A DNA stretch of 64,000 bases from an uncultured Phycisphaeraceae bacterium (GTDB taxonomy: Bacteria; Planctomycetota; Phycisphaerae; WQYP01): positions 216,076 to 280,075 of the forward strand of contig CAZSYN010000002.1 of the NCBI GenBank assembly GCA_964610975.1. The letters are read 5' to 3'. The translations under genes and the position numbers were made by a program. The notes under the pieces are model-generated. The model saw only the letters and a program-made list of their open reading frames with translations. It made no database searches and had not been told where the DNA came from. Positions within the stretch are counted from its first letter, which is position 1; every line of letters starts with the position of its first letter. Below are positions 10,523 through 19,076 of this stretch, one piece after another.

Positions 10523-11209
10523 TTAATATGCACCGCGACAACCCAATACGGCCGGCACGGTCCGCAGCAGAATCCCCATATCAAGCAATGGCGACCAGTG
10601 ACGGATGTAATACGTATCAAGATACCGCATGATGTTCGGCCCGCCGTCACTGCGCACCTTCACCTGCCACAGGCCCGTCAACCCGGGCAAAACCGATTGG
10701 CGCAGCGTCCTGAATGAACGCGGAAAATGTTCAAGATGATAAGCCGGCAACGGGCGCGGGCCGATCATGCTCATATGTCCGCAGAGCACATTCCACAATT
10801 GCGGCAATTCGTCCATGCTGCTGCGCCGGATGATTTTCCCGATATACGGCAGCACGCGCGGATCATTCCTGAGCTTCCTTTTTTTGGCCCATTCCCGCGC
10901 AGCTTCAGGATTTTGCTTCAGATGGCGCGCCAATCGTTCCGCCGCATCCGGATACATGGTGCGGATTTTCCAGACGCGAATGATCTGCCCATGCAATCCG
11001 ATTCGCTCCTGGGTAAATAACACCGGCCCTCTGCTGATCAGTTTGATCATCACGCCCAGCACCACCAGCAGCGGCAGCGCCGCCATCAGCATGGGCCAGG
11101 CCACCACAATATCCATACAGCGTTTGATTACCGGAACCCGCGGCATCAACGGCGCTCTGGAGATTTCCATCTCCTCCGCAATTTCAATTTTTGATATCTG
11201 CAATGTCAT
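10523..11209 (-). CDS. undecaprenyl-phosphate sugar phosphotransferase (bacterial sugar transferase, WbaP/WcaJ C-terminal domain type)
   Basis: Has a TM helix (VVAWPMLMAALPLLVVLGVMIKL), then GPVLFTQERIGLHG, DELPQLWNVLCGHMSMIGPRP and TGLWQV (Bac_transf motifs). Start chosen at an internal Met; the track ORF extends to 11260. Confidence 0.8.
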   Translation of the reverse strand: MTLQISKIEIAEEMEISRAPLMPRVPVIKRCMDIVVAWPMLMAALPLLVVLGVMIKLISRGPVLFTQERIGLHGQIIRVWKIRTMYPDAAERLARHLKQNPEAAREWAKKRKLRNDPRVLPYIGKIIRRSSMDELPQLWNVLCGHMSMIGPRPLPAYHLEHFPRSFRTLRQSVLPGLTGLWQVKVRSDGGPNIMRYLDTYYIRHWSPLLDMGILLRTVPAVLGCRGAY

Positions 11210-11620
11210 GCCTGATGATCCCGGTTTTGGTTTTGCGACAATACAACTCCCGTCGGCCATGCATACCGATAAAACTTCCCTTCTTTTTTACTTAAAAAGT
11301 TAAAAGACTTTCGCCAAAAACTTTTTCAATCATCTGAGTGAGGAGTGGGTTTGTCAGATTCTTGAAAATATTGGCCCAATCAGCGGTTATTTCCGGCTGC
11401 TTCAACCTACATAACGGATGATTTTTAATCTTGTTGGTTTTGTTTTTATTTTTTTTTTACGAAACTCACCTCTTATCTTTGTGTTTTAAGAATATAGTGT
11501 GCATGCTCACCATGCCTGTTCATCCATAATTGAAGTGTATTTCTACTTTCTGTGATTATTTTTACACTTTCCGCCAACGCACGCGCCGAAAGTTCGTTCT
11601 TATATGTTGAGGAGAAGGGT

Positions 11621-12157
11621 TTGCCAGATTCGGATGATCAGACATTATCAATTGCCCATCAGCGTGCGCGGCGGGCTCAGGAATGCGTGGATCAGCACTG
11701 GTCTGCGGTGTACTGCATCATGTACCGGCTCACAAATAATACGCACGATGCGGAAGAATTAACGCAGGAAGCCTTTGCGCGCGCGATTGAAAAACTGGAG
11801 CAATACCACAACGGAACGTCCATGCGGGCGTGGATTGTCAGAATTGCGATGAATCATCTGATTGACGGCAAACGGCGCATGCAGCCGATCATCGCCGGCG
11901 ACGATGCCCCCTGGGACCGCCAAACATCCGATCACCGCCAGCTTTCGCAACTTGAAGTTCAGGAACGCAGCAAGTTAATTCAGTCCGCAATCAACCAACT
12001 TCCGCAGACACAAAAAATCGTTTTGATTCTGCGCTCCATGCAGGAATACTCCTTTGAACAGGTTGCGGAAATCATCGGTACTTCTGAGGCCACGGCCAGG
12101 TGGCACATGATGCAGGCACGGCAACATCTGATTCGCATTCTGAATGGACGGGTATAA
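11621..12157 (+). CDS. RNA polymerase sigma-70 factor, ECF subfamily
   Basis: Region 2 (EELTQEAFARAIEKLEQY...WIVRIAMNHLIDGKRR) and region 4 (LPQTQKIVLILRSMQEYSFEQVAEIIGTSEATARWHM). The track ORF begins at GTG 11552. I prefer the in-frame TTG at 11621, which is preceded by GAGGAGAAGG, but the start is uncertain. Confidence 0.75.
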   Translation: MPDSDDQTLSIAHQRARRAQECVDQHWSAVYCIMYRLTNNTHDAEELTQEAFARAIEKLEQYHNGTSMRAWIVRIAMNHLIDGKRRMQPIIAGDDAPWDRQTSDHRQLSQLEVQERSKLIQSAINQLPQTQKIVLILRSMQEYSFEQVAEIIGTSEATARWHMMQARQHLIRILNGRV

Positions 12158-12183
12158 CTTTGGGCGCGTTACGCAGGACAGGC

Positions 12184-14007
12184 ATGAATTGCACGGACAT
12201 ACAAAATCAGTTGCTGACGGCAGACGATCTCAATCGCCTGGCGGATTCCGCATTGGCGGAACATGTCCGCAATTGTCCGCAATGCGCGGAGATGCTCCGC
12301 CAATTATCCTCCATTGAAGCAGCGATTCATGATCTGCCCGCCCCGCCGGAAGCGGAAGATGCAAAAAAAAGATTTCTTGCCAAAATGAATCTTGATGCTT
12401 CAGCGCCTCTCGCGACCCAATCAACGCCCGCAACCCGGCGTTGCTTCGCATGGACAGGCGGGCGCCATCTGGCGCGAGCAGCCATACTCTTGCTCGTGGC
12501 TGGCCTGGTCATCTGGCTGACGTGCATTCAAAATTCCGCAACCGCCCGGGCCGATCGTTATCTGGAGCGGCTGATTGAATGGAATATTAAACTGGCCAAC
12601 ACCCAGCAATCGGCCGAACGCATTAAGCTGCACGATCTTCAGCTAAAAATCTTCCAGCAGGAACTGAAAAACATCAGCCTGACGGATCATCAGAAAAAAA
12701 TCGCGGAATCACTTTTGGTCAGCGCCGGGCAATTGGCTCACAGCGATCTTGCACTTACGCGGTCCAATTTACTCATGCGCCTGGGAGATCAGTTGGCGCA
12801 GGATGCGCTGATTGAAAAAGATTCCGGCCAAGCCGCCACGATGGACATTCTGGCAAAAGGCAGCCGCCAGATTATTACGGAAGGCGCGATTCCCAACTAT
12901 ATTCTTTCCGAAACGGAATTGCTGAATCAAGAGCAGCAGCAGCAACGCCGCCAACTGCATGAGCAAATCCGCAGCCGAATTGAAAATGACAATCACCCCT
13001 CGCAAAATGAACTCAAAGGCGTTCCCAATACGCGCCCCGGGACATCGCCCGGCGGCATTCAATCCGCAACTCCGTCAACCGGCGACGGATATGCCTCCGC
13101 ACCCAATCGGCCGGCGAAAAACACAACGGAAGCAAACGATGCCCCGTCACGCCAACTCCCCGGCGACGGCATCAAGGTCAATCCGCGCGCAGAGTCCTTT
13201 ACCATAAACGCCATCAACGGCCAGCGTATCACCAACAATGCGGGCCAATGGTCATCCATGTTACTGGCCGATGTGACCGGACAAGCCGCCACCCACGCCG
13301 GAGATTCCGGCATCATCTCTGGGATCGCCGGCAATGACATGACCTATTCATTTCGCAATGGCGCATTGATCAATGCCGGCGGTTTTGCGGTTTCAAGCAC
13401 GATGAACATTCGCAACGCAACCAGAGACATGATTCAATTTTCAAACAGATCCTTCGGCGATGCGGCAATACAGTTATATGCCGATAACCAGATTGACGGC
13501 TGCGATCCTATTGATATTGCATATGCACAGAGTCATGGACGCGCGGCCGCATGGGCCGCAACCGGAAACAATACGGACGCGGATAATATCAACACCCTGA
13601 TTCTCGCCCAGTCCCCGAATAAACTATCAGATGTGCAGCTAACCCTCGCTGAGATGCTGAAAATCAAGCAGACCGCCCCTGCCGCGCCCGAACCCACATC
13701 GGACGAAACAAAAGCGGATGCCATTGCCGCCCAGGCATACACGCTGCCTCTGATACAGCGGCTTCTTGCCGCCACTGCGGCCAATACGCCCGAATCAACG
13801 GCAACACAAACCATACCGCAACCCGATCCCGTCCCGGTTGTGCTTGCGGCGGATCTTTCCGCGACATATCCGCTTACCACACCGGACTTCGTCTTTTTAC
13901 CTATGATCACCGCCGTTCCCGAACCCTCTTCGTTGCTTTTGATGCTGCTATCCGCGGGATTATTGATGACGCGCCGTACCCGCAGCGCAACCGGTGATCA
14001 CTCATAA
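12184..14007 (+). CDS. zf-HC2 anti-sigma factor, membrane-anchored, with C-terminal PEP-CTERM sorting signal
   Basis: N-terminus MNCTDIQNQLL...HVRNCPQCAEML is the putative zinc-finger anti-sigma motif. A TM helix follows (AAILLLVAGLVIWLTCI), then a ~450-aa extracytoplasmic Ala/Thr/Gln-rich region. The C-terminus is ...VPEPSSLLLMLLSAGLLMTRRTR, i.e. PEP plus a hydrophobic stretch plus an Arg cluster. Starts 27 nt after the sigma factor's stop. Confidence 0.6.
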   Translation: MNCTDIQNQLLTADDLNRLADSALAEHVRNCPQCAEMLRQLSSIEAAIHDLPAPPEAEDAKKRFLAKMNLDASAPLATQSTPATRRCFAWTGGRHLARAAILLLVAGLVIWLTCIQNSATARADRYLERLIEWNIKLANTQQSAERIKLHDLQLKIFQQELKNISLTDHQKKIAESLLVSAGQLAHSDLALTRSNLLMRLGDQLAQDALIEKDSGQAATMDILAKGSRQIITEGAIPNYILSETELLNQEQQQQRRQLHEQIRSRIENDNHPSQNELKGVPNTRPGTSPGGIQSATPSTGDGYASAPNRPAKNTTEANDAPSRQLPGDGIKVNPRAESFTINAINGQRITNNAGQWSSMLLADVTGQAATHAGDSGIISGIAGNDMTYSFRNGALINAGGFAVSSTMNIRNATRDMIQFSNRSFGDAAIQLYADNQIDGCDPIDIAYAQSHGRAAAWAATGNNTDADNINTLILAQSPNKLSDVQLTLAEMLKIKQTAPAAPEPTSDETKADAIAAQAYTLPLIQRLLAATAANTPESTATQTIPQPDPVPVVLAADLSATYPLTTPDFVFLPMITAVPEPSSLLLMLLSAGLLMTRRTRSATGDHS

Positions 14008-14037
14008 CGCCATTTCAGCAGGATAATAAGAATTAAA

Positions 14038-15162
14038 ATGTTTTATTACAACAATATGTCTAAATTTGTCATTTTGTTCCTGGCGTCGGCCGGCATGTGC
14101 ATGCCCGGCGGATGCTCCATGTGGACCGGCTCAGCCTTCCGGGATAAACAGGTAGAGACGCATACCGCCATCGCCGCCACGCAATCAGCCCAGGCGCAAC
14201 GCACCATCATTCCCGGATCAGACAAAAACGCCGTTGTTGAACTCAAGACCGTGACCATACCGCCGCAGCATCGCGAACCGGCGCCGGGCGATTACATCAT
14301 CGGCCCGAATGACGCTTTATACGTCAATGTTTCAGGCCTGCCGGATATGGGCAGCCCGCTTGCGGGCACGGCCGGAAGCAGGATCATCGGTTCATCCGTG
14401 GACGGCAAAGGCAATATTCAACTTCCTTTGATTCAGAGCGTACACGTGGCGGGCATGACAACATCTCAGGCGCAAACCAAAATCCGCGAAGCTTTTAAGC
14501 CTTTTGTCAAAAACCCCTGGGTCATTGTTGAGGTGGTGGATCATCGCAGCCAGCCCATTTATCTCGTCGGGCAATTCGGGCAGCCTGGCGTATATTACAT
14601 GGATCGGGCCACGGATGTCGTTCAAGCCATCGCAATGGGCAAGGGAATCGCCGCCAATGCGGATCTTCGGGGAGCCTGCATTCAGCGCGGCAAACAGGTA
14701 TTGCCGGTCGATATTTACAGGCTTTTGCGCGAAGGCGATCTTGATCAGAACATCTGGCTCCGGCCGAACGATACGGTATACGTTCCTGATGCATCTGAGC
14801 AGCAGGTATTTGTCTTGGGTTCTGTTGCCAATCCCGGCGTTTATCCCATGCTCAATGGGAAACTGGACCTTCTTCAGGCGCTTTCGCAGGCAAAGGCCGC
14901 GATATCGCCGGGCAGTGCCATGCAGTTTATCCGGATCATCCGTTCGCGCACGCCCACGCGTGGTGAGCTGATCGTGGTAGACGCCAACAAACTCTTGACC
15001 GGCGCGGCATTGCCGTTTCCGCTCATGGGCGGCGATATCGTCTATGTCCCGCGCAGCAAGCTTGGGAGCTGGAATGACATCATGAAAGAAATCCTCCCGT
15101 CCATTCAGGTGGTATCCGCGGTTGTGAACCCATTTGTATCAATCTCAAATTCATCAGATTAG
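14038..15162 (+). CDS. wza: polysaccharide export outer membrane protein (Wza-like; Poly_export + SLBB domains)
   Basis: Lipoprotein-like signal. PGDYIIGPNDALYVNVSG is the Poly_export motif. Later there are soluble-ligand-binding beta-grasp-like repeats. Co-located with wzc. Confidence 0.7.
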   Translation: MFYYNNMSKFVILFLASAGMCMPGGCSMWTGSAFRDKQVETHTAIAATQSAQAQRTIIPGSDKNAVVELKTVTIPPQHREPAPGDYIIGPNDALYVNVSGLPDMGSPLAGTAGSRIIGSSVDGKGNIQLPLIQSVHVAGMTTSQAQTKIREAFKPFVKNPWVIVEVVDHRSQPIYLVGQFGQPGVYYMDRATDVVQAIAMGKGIAANADLRGACIQRGKQVLPVDIYRLLREGDLDQNIWLRPNDTVYVPDASEQQVFVLGSVANPGVYPMLNGKLDLLQALSQAKAAISPGSAMQFIRIIRSRTPTRGELIVVDANKLLTGAALPFPLMGGDIVYVPRSKLGSWNDIMKEILPSIQVVSAVVNPFVSISNSSD

Positions 15163-15362
15163 TTTATTCTCAATAAAGATAGAACGCATGAGGTAACCCC
15201 ACAGGCAAATTCGTCCGTGAACGCGGCTATCTGCATCATATTATCTTTTTCGCGCGGTGGTGCATGAGCCTTTGGGGCATTATTGATAGAATCTCTCTAT
15301 AATGTGGGATGTTGGTGTGTTCGCCCCACCCCGGGATTAAAACCCACGGAGCTTTCTATCTA

Positions 15363-16634
15363 TCAATGCGAAGTGGGCGCGTCGGCGCGGATCTGGGTTG
15401 TTTTGCACGCCATTAATTTGGGGTTAATGAGTACGCGGCGCTTTTTAAGCAATGTTTGCAGGGCCGGGACGTCCAGTTTGCAGAAGGATTTGGCCTGATG
15501 GCGGGCGAGCATGGCTGAGGCTGCGCCTGCGGCCTCGCCGGTGACGGCGCATGCGGGAATCACACGGACGATATCCCATGTATTGTGAGCGGAAGAAATA
15601 CAGCGCCCCGCCGTGATTAAATTGGCGGTGCCCGGCGCATAAAGCGAACGGAACGGAATGCCGAAAACCGGGCCACTTTTGCGCCAATCGGAAATCATGC
15701 CGACCGTATCGTCAAAGAAGCGGCGATCATCTTTTTCGCACAACTCATAGATGCCGGCAAGGCGCCGCGTCATGCGGAATGAGGAAATTGACGGCGGCCG
15801 AAGTATATGCAGCGGCGATTCAGGATGATTTTTACGAAGCTTATCAAGCTGTCGCGCCATGCTCTTGTTGCTGGCGAGAATATGCGCGGTGACATCACGG
15901 GAATCCCGCAAGGTTAAGCCGGCCGTGGCGTTTTTGGGAAGCGTCATGGCGCCGGCGTCGTAAGGCTCCGTATGCTTGGCAAGCTTGACGGTACTGCGAT
16001 TATCAAGGTAATAAAACCATCCGCAGGGCACGTTGACATCACAGTGCGCAAGAGGTTCTCCGGCGGCAAGGCAGACATCCGCATCGCCGCTGGCGTCAAC
16101 AACGGCCCGGCAACCCAACGCGGCGCGGCCGCCTTTATCCTCAATGATCACGGCGTCAATGACGTTGCCTTTTTTGTGCACAGAACAAAAACGCGCATCG
16201 TAACGCAGCGTCACGCCGTTTTTCAGAAGCAATTTTTCCATCTCAAAAGCAAAGGTGGCGGGGTTATAGGCGGATAAATAGCGTTGTTTTGAACGAAGTT
16301 CAGGAGCGCTTTTCTTCTGCCAGCATTCGGGAATGGCGCTGCCACCGGGAGTGACAAGATGAGAGCCATCACGAACGGAAAGTTTAAGAAGCATTTCGGC
16401 AATGCCGGCCGAGATGAGATGGCCAAAACCATCGCATAGCGGCAGATAAATGATGATGTTGCCGAGAGTGGCCAATCCGCCGAGGCCGTATTCTTTTTCA
16501 AGCAGGCAGGTGCTGGCGCCTTCGCGTGCGGCGGCGAGGGCCGCGGCCACGCCGGCGATACCGCCGCCGACGACAATGACGTCAAAATTTTCACGCACCG
16601 GAATACGACGCTGCGGCTCAAGAACCGAACTCAT
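15363..16634 (-). CDS. FAD-dependent oxidoreductase
   Basis: N-terminal DVIVVGGGIAGVAAALAAAREGASTCLLEKEYGLGGLAT is a Rossmann GxGxxG FAD-binding fold. 423 aa. Composition resembles the FAD_oxidored family that is abundant in PVC bacteria. Confidence 0.6.
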   Translation of the reverse strand: MSSVLEPQRRIPVRENFDVIVVGGGIAGVAAALAAAREGASTCLLEKEYGLGGLATLGNIIIYLPLCDGFGHLISAGIAEMLLKLSVRDGSHLVTPGGSAIPECWQKKSAPELRSKQRYLSAYNPATFAFEMEKLLLKNGVTLRYDARFCSVHKKGNVIDAVIIEDKGGRAALGCRAVVDASGDADVCLAAGEPLAHCDVNVPCGWFYYLDNRSTVKLAKHTEPYDAGAMTLPKNATAGLTLRDSRDVTAHILASNKSMARQLDKLRKNHPESPLHILRPPSISSFRMTRRLAGIYELCEKDDRRFFDDTVGMISDWRKSGPVFGIPFRSLYAPGTANLITAGRCISSAHNTWDIVRVIPACAVTGEAAGAASAMLARHQAKSFCKLDVPALQTLLKKRRVLINPKLMACKTTQIRADAPTSH

Positions 16635-16784
16635 GACATACCTCTACTGCAACGAACACAAAACAATCATAGCCAAACCATAGTGCACTATAACCTCAAC
16701 TGAGGCATGACAAAATAAAACATACGCAAAAAACAGTTTCGCATATGAAATAAGCGGGGATTGTTCAGGTATGAGAAACAAGCG

Positions 16785-16959
16785 GCCTAAGAGCGTGTAT
16801 TAAAAGTAGCGGGAAGCCAAATGCGCAGGCTGCCGGCCGATCAACGAGGACGCAGGACCGAGTGATATTCACCACTATCAGCGAGCGTCCGAGGACGAAG
16901 TTGAGGGGCTGGCAGACCAGCAGATGGCCCCGATTACTTTTAATACACGCTCTCAGCGC
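16785..16959. mobile_element. MITE-like element, ~175 bp, with ~24-bp terminal inverted repeats (copy A)
   Basis: Left end is cctaagagcgtgtattaaaagtagcggg. Right end is ccgattacttttaatacacgctctcagcg, whose reverse complement matches the left end at about 21 of 22 positions in the core. A second, shorter inverted copy lies at 20791-20882. No coding capacity. Confidence 0.5.
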
Positions 16960-16961
16960 GA

Positions 16962-17438
16962 TCAGGATTGGCCTGTCAGCTCATTGCTATTGCTGAAAAG
17001 TTGCTTCTCAAACTCGGCGATTTTTTCAAGACGGCGCTGATGGCGGCCATTTTCAAAGGGAGTAAGCAACCACGCATCAACGATGCGGCGGATGAGTTCA
17101 TCACCCAAAAGATCGGCCGCGAAACAAAGGATGTTGGCGTTGTTGTGGCGGCGGCTGATTTCGGCGGTGAGCTCATCATGGCAGATGGCCGCGCGAATGC
17201 CGGGGAGTTTGTTTGCGACGATTGACATGCCGATGCCGGAACCGTCAATGAGAATACCGCGATCGCACTGGCCGGCGGCGACAGCCTTAGCGGCCGGGAC
17301 GGCAAAGTCAGGATAATCACAGGGGCGAGAATTATCCGTGCCAAAATCAACGATTTCGTGCCCGCGATCAATGATCTGGGCAACAATGCGTTGCTTGATG
17401 GAAAAACCACGATGATCACAGGCGATGGCGATTTTCAT
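16962..17438 (-). CDS. rpiB: ribose-5-phosphate isomerase B
   Basis: MKIAIACDHRGFSIKQ...ILIDGSGIGMSIVANK...CHDELTAEISRRHNNANILCF is the RpiB/LacAB family. Confidence 0.85.
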   Translation of the reverse strand: MKIAIACDHRGFSIKQRIVAQIIDRGHEIVDFGTDNSRPCDYPDFAVPAAKAVAAGQCDRGILIDGSGIGMSIVANKLPGIRAAICHDELTAEISRRHNNANILCFAADLLGDELIRRIVDAWLLTPFENGRHQRRLEKIAEFEKQLFSNSNELTGQS

Positions 17439-18580
17439 AGGCGTATCTCACTGAGCCGACGTTCAATCACATCTCTTAAATGACTTGCGACTTGAGAATA
17501 AACATTCTGGTCGTAACCGATGGGATCTTCAATATCCCCGTCGGGGTCAAGCATGAACGTCTTGGCGGCAGCGTCAGGATATCGGGCTAAGATCTCTTCG
17601 CGATGTGATTCTGTCATTGTATAAACCACGTCGGCGCGACGCAATAATTCGGCAGTGGCGGGCTGAGAAAAATGGCCGGATAAATCGCCGTGCTGCTCTG
17701 CCGCGGCCACAACGGCCTCAGGCGTGGCGGGCATGCCGTGGCCGGCGAAAACGCCGGCGGATAACACTCGCACGCGGCGCGCGCCGAGATCTTCCGGCTT
17801 TACGCCAAGACGATCCGCAAGCACCTTGCGCGCGATGGCCATGGCCATCGGCGAACGGCAGGTATTACCCGAACACACGAAGAGTATGACAAAATCTGCC
17901 AAGCGATCCACAATCCTTTCGTCAATCACGCCCGGGCGCACAACCTGAACGCGATTATCGGTAACCGAAACAAGCGTTGAAGTTTTTTTATAACGTGTCG
18001 CGCCGTCATCCACAATAGCGTCAGCTTCCTGCAAAATAGATGGGGAGATGCCGGCAATGTCCGTGGCCGGTTGCCCTGGTAAAGAAGCGCCGACAAGTAT
18101 GACCGGAAATTGCGTGCGCGAAAGCAACGAGCGGGTAAAAAAATGATCCGGACAACGCACGCGCCAAGTGGGCGGCGTGCCGGTTATCACGCGTGTGGCG
18201 GCCGGGCCGAGCCACGATTGCAGGCCCTGCTTATCCTGAGCGGTTACCGGAAGTTCATAGGCCACCGGGCCAGGCCAGGTTTTGCGGACCAGGCGCTGCG
18301 CCAGGGGCGAAAGCGACGGCATGCGGCGATGAAGTTCATCAGCATCGCTTAAATGAACAACCCAGGGGGCCTGAACGGTTGACGGCTTGAGCTGCTCAAT
18401 GCGGCGCAGAGCAGATTCAGAACGCAAATTGGCCGCGATGGCGTATACCGTTTCCGTCGGCAGAATCACCAGCTCGCCGGATACCAAAGAATGTATGACT
18501 GCGGCAATCTGATCGCTTTGCGCGGGTAGTAGTCTCTGATCTGAACCTGGCATCGCGAGCCCTTTTTCTGGCAGAATCAA
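17435..18580 (-). CDS. L-threonylcarbamoyladenylate synthase (YrdC/TsaC domain) fused to low-molecular-weight protein-tyrosine phosphatase
   Basis: N-terminal VILPTETVYAIAANL... is the YrdC fold. C-terminal ILFVCSGNTCRSPMAMAIARKVL is the LMW-PTP CX5R P-loop. ATG overlaps the rpiB stop. An alternative start is Met10 at 18553. Confidence 0.75.
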   Translation of the reverse strand: MILPEKGLAMPGSDQRLLPAQSDQIAAVIHSLVSGELVILPTETVYAIAANLRSESALRRIEQLKPSTVQAPWVVHLSDADELHRRMPSLSPLAQRLVRKTWPGPVAYELPVTAQDKQGLQSWLGPAATRVITGTPPTWRVRCPDHFFTRSLLSRTQFPVILVGASLPGQPATDIAGISPSILQEADAIVDDGATRYKKTSTLVSVTDNRVQVVRPGVIDERIVDRLADFVILFVCSGNTCRSPMAMAIARKVLADRLGVKPEDLGARRVRVLSAGVFAGHGMPATPEAVVAAAEQHGDLSGHFSQPATAELLRRADVVYTMTESHREEILARYPDAAAKTFMLDPDGDIEDPIGYDQNVYSQVASHLRDVIERRLSEIRL

Positions 18581-19010
18581 GTATCCGCATATACGTAAAA
18601 CTAATCTCGCCCCATATTTATGTGATCATTGTAGGAAAATGACAAAGCATGAATCAAGCGATAATACCGGGTGAAAATGATCATAACAGAATATGACGAG
18701 AGCCTAAAAAAGTCATTTTGGCGGGTAGTGCGCCGTCCGGGCAAAAAAATTGTTGCCCGACGTGTATTTATACACGATAATAATGGGTGATGAGACGCAT
18801 AAGCGCGCCAGATCAGGCGTGAGAAAGGATGGTGGCGGACAAAAACAAAACGAGATGTGCTGTCGAGATTCATCATACGGATGAATCATCACCGCAACGG
18901 ATAAGCCGACGAACTCATAAGTAGCATCTGCTATAGTGCATAATTCATAACGAGTGAGCGGCCGAACGCTGCGGTGTTTTTTTGCCCGCATCGGGCGTCA
19001 AACAAAATGC

Positions 19011-19055
19011 AAAAAAAAGAAACAGGGACGGTTATCAACCGTCCCTGTTTTATTT
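19011..19055 (-). terminator. intrinsic terminator downstream of map (hairpin with U-tracts on both sides)
   Basis: aacagggacgg-ttatcaa-ccgtccctgtt is a perfect 11-bp stem. It is followed by a run of T on the minus strand (aaaaaaaag on plus) and by tttatttc on plus. Confidence 0.6.
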
Positions 19056-19076
19056 CACTGATGTGACAACCGCGAC

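Noticed and set aside
18581-19076. ~500-bp non-coding AT-rich gap between the yrdC-PTP fusion and map; checked for tRNA, tmRNA and 6S-like features
   Set aside because: No cloverleaf-compatible T-arm or acceptor pairing was found. Only the map terminator hairpin and one weak hairpin. Likely promoter and UTR.
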